Shown in pieces: positions 60,817 through 64,000 of a DNA stretch of 64,000 nt (its first letter is position 1; each line of letters begins with the position of its first letter). Source of the stretch: Nemertoderma westbladi. Lineage: Eukaryota; Animalia; Xenacoelomorpha. The notes beneath the pieces were generated by a model, which worked only from the letters and a program-made list of their open reading frames with translations, searched no databases and was not told the DNA's origin. Location of the stretch: assembly GCA_032718475.1 (NCBI GenBank), contig JAUCBJ010006915.1:112088-176087 (forward strand), read 5' to 3'. Made by a program: the position numbers and the translations under genes.

Positions 60817-62809
60817 CTGTATTTGTATAAAAAAAATATTCTTAATTGTTACTTTTTTCACTCGAATACCCCTAATTCGGGAGAAAGTGAAAAAACGTTG
60901 AAAAGACAGTGTAAAATAAAATTTGACAGAGGATCGAAGTAGAAACGATTTGCGTGTAATTTGAGCCAACAGACATACACACACAATCCATCATACAAAC
61001 ACTCCATTCAGAACCAATTCCCCATAACACCCAATTCAATATCTGAGTGTACTGTACATACAGTATGGGATTCCTTTAACCAATAAATTAGCTGGAATAT
61101 CTTTCATAGGGATATATCGAAATGCCCCAGTTTAGGAAACATACCACGAATCGTGTCAACTATATTTTTGATCAAGTTGTCCAAAATATTGGTATTATGT
61201 ATAGTATAACCCATAAAGTACAACCTTTTAATGACAACCGTGTAATTTATGGAACATCAAACGAGGATGTCCAAAAGGGTCTTTATAAATTAAAATTAGC
61301 CCAAATACTGTAAAGAAAATGACCGAACAGTAAATATCACTACAGTAAAACAAGAGCTGTAAAATTTCGTTGGGGGGGGGGGGGGGGGGTCATCCTATCT
61401 ACAAAAAATGGACCTGGTGGTACACACTCCTATAAAAAGGGTTTGGTATGCTCCATATTGATGGCTTCGAAAATAAACATGTCGATATCATCACTAGATT
61501 CGGCTAAACGTCTGGCTATCTGTTCGCGCTTTCAGACCTTTGGCAGTTTAACCCGCCAAATTAGGATGTCTTCTAGATAATAAATCACTTTTAGTCTATG
61601 ACAAGTATTTAATTCACTACACTAGTCGAAACCAATCTGTGCGCGATCATTCACCCGCTGGATATACCCGGGAGATTGGGTTCGACGGCTTAATCTTATT
61701 GCTATGTAAGCTTAATGTATTATTCGACTGACAGTATTATATAATCTCTGACAATATTATTCACCTTCGGGAAATATTAACAGTTCCTTTAGGACGTGGC
61801 GCTCTATCTATATACACAGAGTTATGACTTAAACTACTCACAACGATATGGCTTAGTTATAATTCACATATATGGCGCATTCTTTAGGAGATGCTTCGTT
61901 ATCAGTCTCACTCATACACAATGCTGCACAATACTGCACACTGATCTGCCGATCTTCACTGATTTTAGTTATATATAAAAGGAACACGGACTGACTCATG
62001 TAGGGTCTATCAAATAACATTAGATTCACTTCAAACCACTTTAACATAAGTCACAATCGTTATATGTAACCTTTCTCTCTTACCTTCGGTATATCAAGAA
62101 TATTGGGTTTCGGGGTTATTTATCGTTATTCCAAATATAATAATTCATCAACCATATTATGAAGAACTGACAGTAAATAGCAGTATAACAATAAAAAGTA
62201 TGCACAGGTTGTTTGATTAGGTATGGTATGTTATGATTTGAGTTGAGGTATGATGAGATCAGACATCAGATAACGGATATATGTCCTTATAATTAAGCCT
62301 ACTAGTGTAAGACTAAAACTGAAAACACGGAGGTGCCAAAAGCCGGTTCTTAGGCTCTGGGCAAAAACATAACACTGAATTACTGAGTTTCTGTATACAC
62401 CTCCAACACAGAGACAACAAACGCTCTGATTGGTCAACCTGAACAACGAGAGAACAAAGAAACAAAGAAACGTCGACGTGGCAATATCAGCTGCTAGCCG
62501 TCGTCATGGTAGCGACACTGTTTTCAAAAGTATCCAGCTATTGCGTCACGAGATTGTGGATTATGTCCTCTAAAGTACAAATACAGTACAAATACATAAG
62601 AAATGACTTTTATGTCCTCTAAAACACCAGTACAGCAAGGACACGGCCTTTTTATGCCTGGCAAACCAACTACATAGTACTTTAAGGGAAAATAACCGGC
62701 TAATTACGCAAAAGCTTTTACACCTCTCCCAGAAAATGGGATTTAAGTCTATAAAATATAACAAATCACAGTTTCTAAAATATAAAGATACTCTAAACAG
62801 TTAGTCTTT

Positions 62810-64000
62810 CTTACGCAGACGGCGTTTACGCAGTTTTTTGAGGCTAGCAAGAGTCTTTTCTCTTTGGGGGGAGCCACTTTACTAGGAGGGCCATAACTCC
62901 TGGGTGAAGGGTGCAATATGATTGCATCAGAAGGTGTAGGATTGTGGTCGAGGTATCTGCCGTTTCGATATGCTTCTCCTCGAGCTGATTTTCCTCCGCT
63001 CGTAGCTGGATACGTTCATCCAAAAACTCTCGCAGAGAATAGGATCGTCCAAGTTCGATAACTTCTTACAGATTCTGGATTTCCCAATCGAATTGAGATA
63101 AGGCCAATTCGTTTATCGATTGGACTTACTGTTATAACTTACGTTTATCTGAACAAACGCAGGTTTCCTTTTTGATCTTTATAGAATAGCGTTTAACTCG
63201 TTTCGTACAACGCTCTCCTTCACCTTGATGAGGGGTTGTATCGCGTTAAACGGGACGACCATACGGTTGGATAGTGATATTAGGTGTCCGCGTCACAATC
63301 CGGCTAGGTAAGATGGGCGGCTAGCTAGAAATCACTGTCGGAGTGTTACCGATTAATTGTTAGGGTAGCACTAGATCTTTGAACAGTGAATACAGTCCGC
63401 GAAGATCCGCGACACCACCAGGATCGCAGGTCTGAGGTCCAACTAAGGAATGAGGAGGTTTGACCGAGTATTCCGGGACTCTGATCGTAGGTTTACTCCA
63501 GGATCGTTCGAGCCGAGTGAGCATAGGTGATACGTCAACAAGTTTCGGTTTACGTGGATGTTTATGTCTTTCCGTTTATTAGTTGGGTCTAGGGCATTTA
63601 TCGTAATAATACCAAAGACGCACGTCTGGTAGGGTAAACGCGGGTGATATTTATTTGTTGTTACAATGCTTCTATCAAGAATTCCAAATATACATTGGAG
63701 TTACCGCGTCCATTTGTTTCTTTAGTGTCTTTTCTTTCGAGTCGATTTCGAATAGAATTTTCGCATTCGAATTTCAGTTTATGGTTCCGACTCCGCTGGG
63801 CAGGATATATAGTCGACATAGTCTGTATTGTGTAAATCGATAGGATGACCAGTAGTTAAGAAGCCATCTTCTATCAACTCCGTCATATCTGCTATATATG
63901 AGTTTATCCATATTATAATGAGTTTATATTTAGGCGAGCGGGCGTCGCTGCCTACCCCAATCAACCCCGGACAGTACGAGATCCTCAGCACCGATGTGTC
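62810..64000 (-). pseudogene. Decayed ORF of unrecognised family (paralogue of 54720-55690), runs off the window
   Basis: Minus-strand frames with scattered stops give CVFGII, LVDVSPML, KPPHS, PSDAIILHPS and a basic tail KKLRKRRLRKK in the same order as the 54.7-kb copy. Confidence 0.45.

Noticed and set aside
60817-60984. N-terminal extension of the FReD ORF
   Set aside because: Probably intron read-through: a T-tract plus CAG acceptor lies at 60817 and the upstream peptide is low-complexity.

Overview
AT-rich, repeat-dense genomic DNA, most likely from an invertebrate animal. Host-type coding sequence is limited to an intronless six-finger C2H2 zinc-finger gene (668-2203, minus) and a fibrinogen-domain (FReD) terminal exon (about 60157-60816, minus). 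Roughly 2.5-38 kb is a deep nest of non-autonomous DNA transposons (hAT-, Mutator/Foldback-, CACTA- and Harbinger-type, most delimited here by TIR plus target-site duplication), with two tRNA-derived SINEs, satellites and an intact CR1-type LINE. Then follow an RT-defective L2/CR1-type LINE with an in-frame minisatellite, a truncated and an intact hAT-type transposase, and a Polinton/Maverick-type module: an intact 1351-aa protein-primed family B DNA polymerase plus a PC4-like putative ssDNA-binding gene, with no integrase or capsid genes recognised. The main finding is the long imperfect inverted repeat just upstream of that module (about 53.1-53.65 kb). Its arms translate into fragments of the C-terminus of a related but different pPolB, suggesting a polymerase-derived hairpin (possible RNAi trigger or snap-back relic). 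Two decayed, mutually homologous ORFs of an unrecognised family (about 54.7-55.7 kb plus, 62.8-64 kb minus) and a BEL/Pao integrase relic complete the window. All calls come from reading the sequence by eye; no searches were run.
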